A stretch of DNA of 63,992 nt, the filler included, from Octopus bimaculoides (taxonomy: Eukaryota): assembly GCF_001194135.2 (NCBI RefSeq). It is 5 parts of 5 records of this genome, joined end to end, with 100 filler letters (N's around TTAATTAATTAA, not from the genome) between each part and the next. Parts side by side here need not be neighbours in the genome. Positions count along the whole stretch, not along the records: positions 27,751 to 55,240 come from NC_069000.1; positions 55,341 to 60,271 come from NC_068995.1; positions 60,372 to 62,654 come from NW_026411236.1; positions 62,755 to 63,992 come from NW_026360292.1; 1 more part is not named here. One strand, 5' to 3'. The position numbers were made by a program, and so were the translations under genes. Below, piece after piece: positions 51,462 to 63,992 of this stretch (position 1 is the first letter of the stretch; each line of letters opens with the position of its first letter). Under the pieces are notes generated by a model. The model was not told the DNA's origin, searched no databases, and worked only from the letters and a program-made list of their open reading frames with translations.

Positions 51462-51900
51462 CAACAGGCTTCTTTCAGTTTCCGTCTACCAAATCCACCC
51501 ACAAGGCTTTGGTTGGCCCAAGGCTATATTAGAAGACACATGCCCAAGGTGCCATGCAGTGGGACTGAACCAGGAACTATATGGTTGGGAAGCAAGCTTC
51601 ATATATATACGACAGGCTTCTTTCAGTTTCTGTCTACCAAATCCACTCACAAGGCTTTGGTCAGCCCAAGATATAGATGACACTTGCCCAAGGTGCCACA
51701 CAGTGGGACTGAACCTGGAGCCATGTGGTTGGGATGCAAGCTTCATATATACGACGGGCTTCTTTCAGTTTCCGTCTCCCAAATCCACTCACAAGGCTTT
51801 GGTTGGCCCGAGGCTATATTAGAAGGTGCCATGCAGTGGGACTGAACCAGGAACCATGTGGTTGGGAAGCAAGCTTCTTACCACACAGCCATGCCTGCAC
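51462..51900 (-). mobile_element. Head-to-tail trimer of SINE family C 5' halves
   Basis: Units 51462-51610, 51611-51750 and 51751-51900; the first two break at the same GCAAGCTTC-ATATATA junction. Confidence 0.85.
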
Positions 51901-51901
51901 T

Positions 51902-51932
<31 letters not shown>

Positions 51933-52440
51933 TTGTGTGTGTGTTCTGCAGCAGTGACAAGAAACAGCTTAAATAAGCTAATTGTGAGATTCATTTTGAT
52001 ATTTTAAAAATATTTTAAATCTTTCGCTTCTCAAATATCAAACTTCTGACAGGAAGGAAACAACACTACTACTACTACTACTACACTCAACAGAAACTGC
52101 CTATATTGCTTACAGTAGTAGTGGTAGTAGTAGTGGTGTTAGTTGAAGTGGTGGAACTTGCCAGCAAAAACAGTAGTGCTTGCTACAATTACTTACGACT
52201 GTCATGGTCATAGTAAGATTAACCGTAGCATGGTGGTGAGGAGTGGCAGTGAAGTTGGTGATGATGATGGTGGTTGTGGTGGTGGTGGTGAGGAGTGGCA
52301 GTGGTGATGATGTTGGTGGCTGTGGTGCTGGTTGTGATTGTAGTGGTGGTTGTGGTTGTAGTGGTGGTGGCAGTCGAACTGGTGTTGTTCTTGGCAACAG
52401 AAGTAGTGGGCAGTTGATGCAGTATTGTTTGCAGTAATAT

Positions 52441-52628
52441 TCTTTTCTGCTCTAGTCGCAAGGCCCGAAATTTTGTGGGAGGGGAGCAATCGATTAGATC
52501 GACCCCAGTATGCAACCGGTAATTAATTTATCAACCCTGAAAGGATGAAAGGCAAAGTTGACCTTGGTGGAATTTGAACTCACAACATAAAGACACACGA
52601 AATACTACTAAGCATTTCACCCAGCATG
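52441..52628 (-). mobile_element. SINE family A
   Basis: CAAGGCCCGAAATTTTGTGGG...GGATGAAAGGCAAAGTTGACC...GAATTTGAACTCA. Confidence 0.8.
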
Positions 52629-53031
52629 CTAACGTTTCTGGCAGCTCAAGTTGAAATGACAGCGATGGTAGTAGTTGAAGTGGTATTATTCTTGGCTGTA
52701 CAAGTAGTAGTGACCGCTAAGTGCCATTCAAGGTAATTGTGGTGGTGGTGGTGGTGGTGATAATAGTAGTTGTAGTATCATTGAAGCTGCAACTGTGATA
52801 GTAGTAGTAGTAATATAATTGTAGTTGTCATAGTAATCTTAATAATAATAATATACTAGTATTTGTAGTAGTACTAGTAATATAGTAGTAGTAGTAGTAG
52901 TAGTAGTAGCAGCAGCAGCACAGGTATCAGACTTGATGTCAGTATCATTAGTTGTGATGACAACATGACTAATACTGATGACATCATTATCATCATCATC
53001 AACAGCAGCAGTTGGCAGGCTTGTTTTATTA

Positions 53032-53085
<54 letters not shown>

Positions 53086-53179
53086 TTATATGTGTGTGTA
53101 TGTAGCTTTTGTTCTTTCCAACAGTTAGTGAAGGGACAGTGCCCATTCCAATTAGGACACTCACACTCTCTCTCTCTGT

Positions 53180-53337
53180 ATACGTGGCTGTGTGGTAAGA
53201 ATCTTGCTTCCCAACTGCATGGTTCCAGGTTCAGTTCCACTGCGTGGCACCTTGGACAAGTGCCTTCTACTATAGCCTCAGGCCGACCAAAGCCTTGTGA
53301 GTGGATTTGATAGGTGGAAACTGAAAGAAGCCCATCA

Positions 53338-53374
<37 letters not shown>

Positions 53375-53565
53375 TTCTCTGTGTGTGCCTTTAACAACCA
53401 ATGTTGGTGTGTTTATGTCCTTGAAACTTAGCGGTTCAACAAAAGAGACCAATAGAATAAGTACTAGGCTCACAAAGAGTAAGTCCTGGAGCTGATTTGT
53501 TCTACTAAAGGCAGTGCTCCAGCATAGCCACAGTCAAATGACTGAAACAAGTAAAAGAATAGAAG
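53180..53565 (+). mobile_element. SINE family C
   Basis: GTGGCTGTGTGGTAAGAATCTTGC...GGTTCAGTTCC...GAAACAAGTAAAAGAATAG. Confidence 0.85.
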
Positions 53566-53630
<65 letters not shown>

Positions 53631-53657
53631 TTACATACACACACACACACACACACA

Positions 53658-54100
53658 GTGGGTTGTGAGAAGTTCCTGGCTTTGAGTAAAAGAAAATACA
53701 GGAGGACCAGTTATGCTTTTATCTAATTTTGGGTTGGTGCATTAATAGTCTTTTTTTCAACAAATTTTATTCAACAAAAACATTAACAATTTTTAACAAG
53801 AACATCTTTAAATGATGGTCTGGCTGTCTGCCAAGCAAATGGGAAGCAGTAATTGAAGTAGATGGTGAATATGCTCCAGAATAATCATGTAAAGATGTTT
53901 TTGTTATCTGTTGTTATTGTTTTTGTTGAAAAAAAGGTGCAATAATTATGCACCAATCCAATATATTCCCCTCTCGGATTCGCAACACTCATTGCAGCAG
54001 TCCTTCAGTTTTTCTAAGCCCTGTAAAAGACCATGGAAGGTTGGGTCTCCGACCAAAACTTTTGTGATACCCTTACAACCAGGAACTTTCCAGCACCCTC
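53658..54100 (+). mobile_element. Non-autonomous mariner derivative with degenerate TIRs
   Basis: Left end GTGGGTTGTGAGAAGTTCCTGGCTT vs reverse complement of right end GAGGGTGCTGGAAAGTTCCTGGTT; internal 53828-53884 reads LPSKWEAVIEVDGEYAPE-stop, a mariner C-terminus. Confidence 0.75.
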
Positions 54101-55141
54101 TTGTGTATGTCTGTATGAATATTCTGTTATTCATTTCAGTCATTTGACTGCGGCCATGCTGGAGCATTGCCATTTGCCAAACACATTGACCCCAGGACTT
54201 ATTCTTTATAAGCCTAGTACTGATTCTATCGGTCCCTTTCACCGAACTGTAAAGTTATGGAGGACTAAACACACCAACATCAGTTGTTAAGTGATGGTGG
54301 GGTGGGGGGGACAAATACAGACACACAAACCTATCTAGGCAGGTTTTAAAACATAGCTAGTATTTTTAGAGTCTGAAGATTACTTGGAGACACTAGACAT
54401 GTTTTAAAACCTGTCTAGGTAAAAATCTTCAAACACACACACGTAATATGCATGTGTTTGAGTGACTTCTGGTTTTGACTGCACACACTAATCACAAACA
54501 AACATCACTGTTCTATAAGTGGTGTTATTTGTTTGCAAACTTCCCTAAAATTATATTTTGTCTTGAGGAAGATAACCCCTTGCTGAGAAACAGGTGATGG
54601 TTGGCAGCAGGAAAAGCATCCAGCCAAGAAAACCCACTTCGGTGACCTATGCAAGCATGGAAAAATAAACATAACAATGCTGATAATATTGACGATGAAA
54701 ATGCCTTCAACCCAAGAACTTTGCGTTATTGAAAATAGTAATTTATTGTTTTATTCTTTCGGGAAAAAGTACTGTAGTTGATTTGTTTGATTAAAACCCT
54801 TCATGGCAGTGCCCCAGCATGGCCTCAGTCCAACACCATGTTGAAGAAAGAAGTATTAATTATGTGGATGCAAACTCTGATTAGTAGTTTTAATTGATTA
54901 AGAGTGGAGTGAAGTAGAAGAACAAAGAATTTCAGAATTATGTTGGGTGATGCGTGATTCTGGTATTTGTCCAGTTTGAGACAAACCTTTCTAAAGCGTG
55001 ATGAACATGCAAACAGAAAAAATAACAAAAAAAATGAAAAACACGTAATGGTAATTGCTAGTTATTTTTGGAAGAGAAACTTATGAATGACGATGAAGTG
55101 TGTGTGTGTACATACACACATTATATATGTGCATGTGTATG

Positions 55142-55178
<37 letters not shown>

Positions 55179-55189
55179 CTATGTATATA

Positions 55190-55240
<51 letters not shown>

Positions 55241-55340
55241 NNNNNNNNNNNNNNNNNNNNNNNNNNNNNNNNNNNNNNNNNNNNTTAATTAATTAANNNN
55301 NNNNNNNNNNNNNNNNNNNNNNNNNNNNNNNNNNNNNNNN
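55241..55340. other. Artificial 100 bp join spacer
   Basis: 44N-TTAATTAATTAA-44N. Confidence 0.95.
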
Positions 55341-55666
55341 GGCCTCCGTTCAGCGGCTGTTGACAGCAGATGGAGCGCCTGACCAGTGGTACCTGACCCT
55401 TCCACAAAAAAGTTGAAGAGCAAGCGTACTATCTTGGTTAACCAGCGGTCGGGACAAGGGACGACGGTCAAACGGTAATAGATGACGGATGCGATGTACG
55501 CATTCGCCACCTCCGCTCGACCTTTCAAGGAGAGCTTCCTCTCAGCCCATTTCTGGGTGAGGTTGGCCACCCTGTTCGTCACTTCTTCCCAGTTTTTCTC
55601 CAACTGGAGGTCCGGACCGAACTAGACCCCGAGCAGTTTAACGGGTCCGTCTGTCCAGCACCCTAC
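55341..55666 (-). mobile_element. L1/Tx1-clade LINE ORF2 fragment
   Basis: VGCWTDGPVKLLGV*FGPDLQLEKNWEEVTNRV...WAERKLSLKGRAEVANAYIASVIYYRLTVVPCP, typical of the post-RT region of L1/Tx1; one in-frame stop. Confidence 0.85.
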
Positions 55667-55724
55667 GGATGACGATGACGATGATGATGATGATGATGAT
55701 GATAATAATAATAATAATAATAAT

Positions 55725-55936
55725 GATTCAAAATTTTGTCACTGGAGTAGCAATTTTGGGGGAGGAGATGAGTCGATTACAAGGACACCAGTGTTCAACT
55801 GGTACTTATTTTATCGACCCCAAAAGGATGAAAGGCAAAGTCGACTTCGGCGGAGTTTGAACTCAGAACGTAAAGATGGACGAAATGCCGCTAAACATTT
55901 TGCCGGGCGTGCTAACTGTTCTGCCAGCTCGCCACC

Positions 55937-55939
<3 letters not shown>
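55725..55939 (-). mobile_element. SINE family A, well-preserved copy
   Basis: ...GTCGACTTCGGCGGAGTTTGAACTCAGAACGTAAAG...CTGCCAGCTCGCCACCTT followed by (AAT)n. Confidence 0.85.
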
Positions 55940-56010
<71 letters not shown>

Positions 56011-56049
56011 CATGATGATGATGATGATGATGACGATGATAATAATGAT

Positions 56050-57691
56050 AATGCACCAAAGCTACAATTGTCAAGGCAAAAACTATCAAACACATGCAAT
56101 ATCATCCTAGATAGAAATATTGAAATGAAAGAATTAGAACGGTAGGTAGAGTTATATGTCTAGATGTCTGTGAAGGAAATAGGATGAAGCACATATTAAT
56201 GAGAGAAAAGATAAGAAAGGAATGCTATCGTAGAGTAAGAGCTCTTCTGAAAACTGTGTTGAATGCCAGAAATAAAATTAAGGCAATAAACACGTTATTC
56301 ATGCTTGTAACCACGTACAACGTCAATATCATAAACTGGGTCACCACCGAGATCAACAAATCTGGTGTCAAAATTCAAAAGCTGGTGATAAAATATCGTA
56401 TGCATCACATGAAAGCAGACATAGATCGACTATACCTTCCGAGAAAAGAAGGCAGGGGTTAACACAGTCTCAACTCTCCTTGAAAATTATAACCGTGGGA
56501 CTTTCTGCCTGCTTATAGCAAGCAAACGACTGGAGGTAAAAGCTGTATATGAAACATGAAAGTACCAAAATGTTGGTCTCAGTAACGAAAGATGCAATAT
56601 TAAATCTTCGAAAAAATGCAGCTTGACGAATAGGTACTTCAAGAAAATGTGTTTTCAACTGAGAAGGCAAAACAAATAGCAAATATAGCCAAATGAACCA
56701 CCCTCCAATATATTAAGGAGAAATGGGAACAAAAACTATTGTGTGACAAATAACCTGATTACAGTAAGGGACTCTGATGTAGGCCAAACCTTACCCCTCA
56801 GTGGTTGACATGTTCTGGTCTCGAGCCAAAACTTGAGGAGTATATTATTGCTGCCCAAGATCACTGCTTTCCATTTGGGACTTAGAAGTGTAATGTTCTG
56901 AAGCATGAAAACAGCCCATCGTGCTGCGTATGCGGAGAACATCTGGATACTATCGATCACATCATCTCTGGTAGAGGCTGACTGGCACCAACAAAGTACT
57001 TATAAAGAGATAACAGAGCAGCTCAGTACATACACTGGTCAATATGCCGCACATGCAACCTCCATCACAAAGATAATTGGAAAGAACATAAAGACCACAA
57101 GTTGTTCAGAATTCTGAAATTACAATCCTTTGGAATCATCTTGAGCCAGTCGTTGAAGGTAAAAATGTCACTATCCTCTGGGATTCTCCAGTCAACACCG
57201 ACAGAACGATCCAGGATAATCGACCAGACATAGTCATTATAGACAGGGAAGAAAATACTTGTAGACTAATAGAAGTAAATGTTCCCACTGATAAAAATAT
57301 ATTTGTGAAAGAATTTGACAAATTAATAAATATAAAGACCTGGAAATTGAAATACAAAAGATGTGGCATCTTAAAGCGAGAACTGTTCCTGTTATTGTAG
57401 GAGCCCTAGGTATGATAAAAAAGAAATGGCAGAAACATCTAGATAATATCTCCGGAGAACCATGTCTCAGAGAAGTCCAAAAGATTGTGCTGACAAGTAC
57501 AGCCCACATCCTTAGAAAAACCCTATCAATTTAAACGTCTGTGTTGTATTACATGAAGATTTTTCGTTACTGCCCCTGCCACTTCTCCTTTCCAAGTTTT
57601 CAGTCATACTGCGACATCTCTTATCCTTCACTCGCTCTAGGATGCTGGATATGTCTCGACAAGCGATTGTAACAAACATGCAGATCTAAAG

Positions 57692-57693
<2 letters not shown>
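56050..57693 (+). mobile_element. 5'-truncated, decayed R4/Dong-like non-LTR retrotransposon (RLE type) in a (TAA)n tract
   Basis: RT C-terminal part (MHHMKADIDRLYLPRKEGRG), zinc-finger remnant (CCVCGEHLDTIDHIISG), RLE motifs (RPDIVIIDREENTCRLIEVNVP; VPVIVGALG), stop at 57532-57534, 3' UTR then (AAT)n; in-frame stops and frameshifts. Confidence 0.88.
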
Positions 57694-57736
<43 letters not shown>

Positions 57737-59246
57737 TACCAAAGATTTTTAGCTTATTTCCACCTTAAAATGTCTTCTTATATGGTGTGAACTTTATCTG
57801 ACTACTTTATCGTAGTTATTCGGTGTAAAAAGTACTTCATATCCAGAAACCAACTAGAGTGATAACTAAGTTAAATATTTAAAGCGAGGAGAAAATGTTA
57901 AAATACTATATAAACTTGAAGGAATAACTAGTTTTAGCTATTACTTATGAATATCATAACACTATAAGCCCACCCACCCACACATAAACACACACGTACA
58001 CTCGTAACAGTACAATGAAATTGATGGCTTATAATTTAATATTCTTTACGACGCATTTACGTTAAGGAACGATACTTCAGTTATTTCACTTGAGGAATAT
58101 TTGGGGGAGTTCTTTTTAAAATGATTTCTTTAAAGGTTCCTTATCAACAACTTCACCAACATCGCAATATCTAAAAAAAAAAAAAAAGAAAAAAGACGGA
58201 TTTAATACAGTGTATTTTAAATGTTTTATAAGAAATACATGAAAACAGAATTATTCGAATTTCTAAGTTAACCACCTTGCCCATCCAGTTATATTAAATT
58301 AGTTTTTTTACCTTAATATGTAGCAAGTTTGATTGAAGATCGTATTTAGTGAAAGATAGCATATTAAAATCGAAATGGCATTTTTGAACATATATAGACT
58401 CTGATGTGTGTCAGTATGAACGTGCCTATTGATTTTTCTTTTGCACAATAAAATATAATCACAAAATATATCATTTGAAAGTTATGAGAAGACTAAGTCG
58501 ACTTTTGTGAATTATCCGAAAGTACTCTGCCATACCTCCCAGAAGAAAAATTTTCTCAACAAATTTTGATATAATTGGAACCTACACTATCTGAAAGGTA
58601 TTTGCAGACAATTTCATTAAAAATGTGCATTTTTCTGGAAGTTATGAGGAAATGAAGTCGTTGGAAGAGGAGCACACTTGTGTGGGCATGCCATTTACAG
58701 CTTTAGTGTTGTTATGATGCATCCCTTAGCTAGTTCTAGACAACTAAATGAATTTCTTATTGAAATTCTAAACAGGTACCGGTGCAGCTAATAACTTGCC
58801 AGACATTTTGATTAAAAGATGTGTCCGTTTGCTAAATTTGGATCTTATGGATGATAGCTAAATATATTTCATAAAACGGCGTGTTTAATAACTTGCTGTT
58901 TTTGACTAATATAAAGTTAAATGTGGTGGGCAGGAAGAAATATTAGGGATTAGCTAACACTTTCCTGTGATTGAGGAGGCAAGGAAGACAGCTCCGAAGA
59001 AATCAACAAGGAACATCTATGTGGCCGTACAGCCTGCGAGAAATAGCTGCAAATCTTCCTCGAATCACGACTTACTCTTCTAATAGTTTATGAAAGTCTC
59101 CAAAATATTGTATATGATGCGGTCTGTTGTTCAATGCATTAACAGTAGCCAGCAAAGCCCAAGCTATATTGAGTAATAACAACAAAGATGGGTAGAATGT
59201 GTCCATAAATCTTCTCTTTGGTCTTGTGCTCATGCTATGAGTTGCA

Positions 59247-59280
<34 letters not shown>

Positions 59281-59293
59281 TTCTCTCACACTT

Positions 59294-59369
<76 letters not shown>

Positions 59370-59443
59370 NNNNNNNNNNNNNNNNNNNNNNNNNNNNNNN
59401 NNNNNNNNNNNNNNNNNNNNNNNNNNNNNNNNNNNNNNNNNNN

Positions 59444-59508
<65 letters not shown>

Positions 59509-60104
59509 AGAGAGAGAGAGGGTGGGGTGGGGTGAGAAAACAGTGTGTAGATTCCACACCCAAACGCTATATCATTGTAGCCTTACATTTATGTACCGGT
59601 TCTCACATCGGTTGGGAAAACTGAGAAAATCAACACGCGAATCGAAAGTGTTGCAAATAAGTTTAAACACAATGTGATGATAATACAGTAAGATGAAGAT
59701 GCTTCTAGTTTTATATGCTAGCATTATCGCAGTTGTTCAACTGAAGCAAATTAGAACTGAATCAGTGAAGGTGTGCTTCTCATCTTTCATTTAAGTGTGG
59801 AAATGATCAATTTCATTACATTAAAAATCTTTAATGACAATTGTTTCTGATAGGACTTTAAGGAGGAGGTGACTGAGAACCCTACTCCTTTGACCCTCAG
59901 GAACAAGGATCAATGGATGGATGGACGGATGGACGGGTGGACGGATGGATGGGTGGATGGGTGGCTATGTATGGAATGGTGAGGGAAATCTGTTCATTCG
60001 CGTTCCTACGGCACTACACCTCTGAGAGAGAGAAAGAGCGAGCGAGAGGAAACGAGAAAGAGAGGTGAAGAGAAAGAGAGAGAAAGAAGCGAAGAGACTG
60101 TATA

Positions 60105-60156
<52 letters not shown>

Positions 60157-60163
60157 GTCTGCC

Positions 60164-60268
<105 letters not shown>

Positions 60269-60271
60269 GTC

Positions 60272-60371
60272 NNNNNNNNNNNNNNNNNNNNNNNNNNNNN
60301 NNNNNNNNNNNNNNNTTAATTAATTAANNNNNNNNNNNNNNNNNNNNNNNNNNNNNNNNNNNNNNNNNNNN
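60272..60371. other. Artificial 100 bp join spacer
   Basis: 44N-TTAATTAATTAA-44N. Confidence 0.95.
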
Positions 60372-60710
60372 TGAAAACATTATATTTATCAAAGAGTTCA
60401 CCGAGGTCACAACCATTTTCACAAAATTGAAACTCACAAAATTTTGCAAATAACCATGAGAAACCAACAAATCTTAAAAATGCTACTTTCTTTATTTCCA
60501 ATCGTTTTATGACACTTTAGATACTTTTCATTTTTGCAAAAACCACTATTCATTTTGAAGTCTAGTGGATTAATATAGGCTAGATTGTTGGTGAAAACTT
60601 AACATTTATGAAAGTGTTCACCGATGTCACAACCTTTTTCACATAAATCAAACTCATATCCTTATTCTTCACTCACACCTTCCTTTCTCATTCAAAGTAT
60701 TATTATAATA

Positions 60711-61102
60711 TTGTTGTTGTTGGCACTCCGTCGCTTACGACGTCGTGTGTTCCAGTCGATCCGATCATCGGAACAGCCTGCTCGTGAAATTAACGTGCAA
60801 GTAGCTGAGCACTCCACAGATACGTGTACCCTTAACGTAGTTCTCGGGGATATTCAGCTTGACACAGTGTGACAAGGCTGACCCTTTTGCATTACAGGCA
60901 CAACAGAAACAGGAAATAAGAGTGAGAGAAAGTTGTGGTGAAAGAGTACAGCAGAGTTCCCCACTATCCCCTGCCGGAGCCTTGTGGAGCTTTTTAGGTG
61001 TTTTCGCTCAATAAACCCTCACAACTTCTGGTCTTTGAATCGAAACCGCGATCCTATGACCGCGAGTCCACTGCCCTAACCACTGGGCCATTGCGCCTCC
61101 AC
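60711..61102 (-). mobile_element. tRNA-derived SINE family D, near full length with (AAC)n tail
   Basis: Reverse strand GGAGGCGCAATGGCCCAGTGGTTAGGGCAGTGGACTC...GGTTTCGATTC head; body shared with 46365-46615 and 4965-5300. Confidence 0.85.
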
Positions 61103-61269
61103 ATTATATGATGTGGTATTNNNNNNNNNNNNNNNNNNNNNNNNNNNNNNNNNNNNNNNNNNNNNNNNNNNNNNNTATTATATATACTTTTTTATGAATT
61201 TTACAGCCACTAGCCATTTTTCAACGGCCATCATCAATGATGATTATGTAGTTGATGGCAGTTTTTAAG

Positions 61270-62580
61270 AGTCCATTTCATATGCGTGAATACATGAAAA
61301 ACCAGTTTCTATTCCAGCATCCAAGTGACGTCTAGAATATAATATCAAAAATATTTTCTAGAGACAGAGAAAGCAAAAGGAGGTTTATAAGCAGCTGTCT
61401 TGCCCACAATCTCCCACTCCACAGAAAAACTTCTTTTCCTGCCTTTCAAGTCCCAAATAAACCCACCTAGGCATGCTCCCTCCACTAAATTTGCAAATAT
61501 GATTACAGACACGTTTCTTAATAAAACCCCGCATAGTCCCTATGTAAAACTTTTACCCTCAGACATCACCTTGCAACTGCAAACAACATTCTTTTCTGTA
61601 CAATAATTCAAAATTAAACATTCACTTCTAACCCTAAGTATTTTCTTTAGTTCTCGTATTATCATTCTGTTTCACTTCACCACATTCAGTATAATTGTTA
61701 CCTGCTACTCAAGAGTTTGTGATAGGATTTAACACTGTTGCCCCATATACATCAGACTTCCCAAATTTACTTTCATTACTAGCGTTTATTCCATTGTTAT
61801 TAATATTATGGCGTTTACTACTATTACAGTTAATATAAAAATTAGACAATTTTCCCTCGTTAATTGAAGACACAATCCTCTTTCGTAAAGTATTTAGAGA
61901 AAAGCCTGTGTAAGTTTTAAAACAAACCAACCCCAATTTGCCTTGCGAATGGAACAATGAACCAACCAATGTCCTTTTCACCAAGAGATTCTTGAAATTG
62001 GTTATTTCATGTCTGATAATTTATGCTAGTGTATCTTCAATTAACGAGGAAAAATTTTCTAATTTTTATAATAATTGTAAACGCCATAAGAGCATGTAAC
62101 GCCATAATGGTATGTACAACGGCATGTAACTAATAGCATCCTTGAAACCACTGGCAGCTACAGCCCAGTTGTAGTACGAGGCGGCAGCATCAAATACCTC
62201 CTTGAAGATAAACTGGAGACTCTCCAGCTGACGCTCTTAAGTAGGTTCCTGAACACTATAACTGGATGGCAAAAACCTGTATTAATGTAAGACAGCTTTT
62301 CATTGGGTTTCCAGGTCTAGGTCAAGGAAATCTACCGTTTTCAGATTGGTCTCTATTGTACTTGAGAGGTCCTTTCTAAGCCAATCAAGTGTGTGACAAT
62401 AGAGAGCAGTCACCATATTTCCTTCCATATCGGCTAACTGTAATGAGTGTAAGTTATATAACCGGATTGTTACATAACAGTCCATTGTATTCCTTGCAGG
62501 AACCGATTAGTAAGATCAACCGTGATGGATATATAATACTATACATTTCAGATTATATACCTACACTTTTGACAGATATA
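61270..62580 (-). mobile_element. Highly decayed Penelope-like element (RT plus GIY-YIG endonuclease remnant)
   Basis: Minus-strand pieces in the expected order: KCRYII*NV*YYISIT, LDWLRKDL..IETNLKTVDFLD, YINTGFCHP..NLLKSVSWRVSSLSS, EVFDAAASYYNWAVAASGF, IGWFIVPF, NVVCSCKV..FYIG, FIWDLK, VEWEIV..CFLCL; many stops and frameshifts. Confidence 0.8.
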
Positions 62581-62654
62581 TGAGTGCATCTTGTCCTTGA
62601 CTTACGGTCCCTTAGGCAACTCACGTATGTATGTATGTATATATATATATATAT

Positions 62655-62754
62655 NNNNNNNNNNNNNNNNNNNNNNNNNNNNNNNNNNNNNNNNNNNNTT
62701 AATTAATTAANNNNNNNNNNNNNNNNNNNNNNNNNNNNNNNNNNNNNNNNNNNN
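62655..62754. other. Artificial 100 bp join spacer
   Basis: 44N-TTAATTAATTAA-44N. Confidence 0.95.
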
Positions 62755-62790
<36 letters not shown>

Positions 62791-63453
62791 TATACATATA
62801 TGTATACACACCTGTGCCCAAACATGCATACATGAAACACACGCACACACATCCCTATATCGTCACATAATTATCGACATACAGTTGAACATTCTCACTT
62901 ACATGCACACACGCATACATCTGTACTAACACACACACACACATATACACATTTACATAATTCCTCACACATACACATTTAAATAATGAATAATTGCTTA
63001 CATACACATGCACACACACACACACACACACACAAACACCCACGTATATACCTATATACTGTCACCGAATTATACACACATTTAAACTTCTCTTATACAC
63101 ACACTTGCACTTATATACATATACCTGTTCACACACGTACACTCACATACATGCATTCACATAATAACACACACAGTGTCATATACCACTGATGTTCATT
63201 TATGTACACTCTCATATACACACACATACTTATATACATATGATTATGCAGACACGTTAAGCACATGTACACGCAGTCACACACAAAGACAATACTATGC
63301 AAACACACACTTACATAAACTGTCACGCATATACACATGCAGTCTCACACACACATGCACACATGCTCAGTCATGCACACAATTACACACACACAATCAC
63401 ACGCACACACAACTGCACACACACACACACACACAATCAAACACAAACTCACA

Positions 63454-63484
<31 letters not shown>

Positions 63485-63992
63485 TCAGTCTCACACTACT
63501 CACAACAGCATACACACACATGCACGCACGCACACATATCTACATGCACAAACACACGCTCAAGTGTTAAAGTACACACACATGTGTGTCCATGTGCATG
63601 AACATACAAACACATTCAACTATTGACATACCTATACACACACTTCAACACACACATACATACTTAGCACACACACACACACACACACACAAACATTCTT
63701 CTAGACACATGCACACACATTCACACACACAAACACAGAGGCATCCACATACACACACATCCAAACACACACATCCAAACACAACTCTTTATATACACAC
63801 TTGCATATCAACATACATATTCATACACATGCACACACATATATATATACACACTCAGCATACACATTCACACATGCACACGCATAACGAACTATGCACA
63901 CACACACACATACACACAGCCAACCATATGCATCCACATACAACCAACTAACACACACATGTCCAACCATACACACACACACACACACACAC

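Overview
AT-rich, microsatellite-saturated eukaryotic genomic DNA with many N gaps. Repeat content and style suggest an octopus or coleoid cephalopod draft assembly (inference). The one gene I can identify is a minus-strand PAFAH1B2/B3-family SGNH hydrolase (PAF acetylhydrolase Ib catalytic subunit). It has four coding exons at 43248-43337, 37379-37495, 35486-35608 and 34516-34842, all joined in phase 0, with the GDS, GTNN and DxxH motifs intact; its first coding exon was not found in the sequenced bases. A second, unidentified minus-strand gene is suggested by exon-like islands at 23236-23277 and 22209-22419, and possibly 14566-14919. The rest is mostly transposon debris (at least three tRNA-derived SINE families; RTE, R4/Dong-like, L1/Tx1 and Penelope-like retroelements; four Tc1/mariner remnants), MITE-like inverted repeats, minisatellites and simple repeats. 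Four identical 44N-TTAATTAATTAA-44N spacers are artificial joins. I found no convincing novel multi-gene system. The most interesting signals are oriented chains of elements nested in (TAA)n tracts, an unclassified ~550 bp repeat, a perfect 33 bp hairpin inside a SINE, a candidate Penelope-type minimal hammerhead ribozyme, and the orphan exons. Exon, hairpin and spacer coordinates were counted exactly; most repeat boundaries are approximate.
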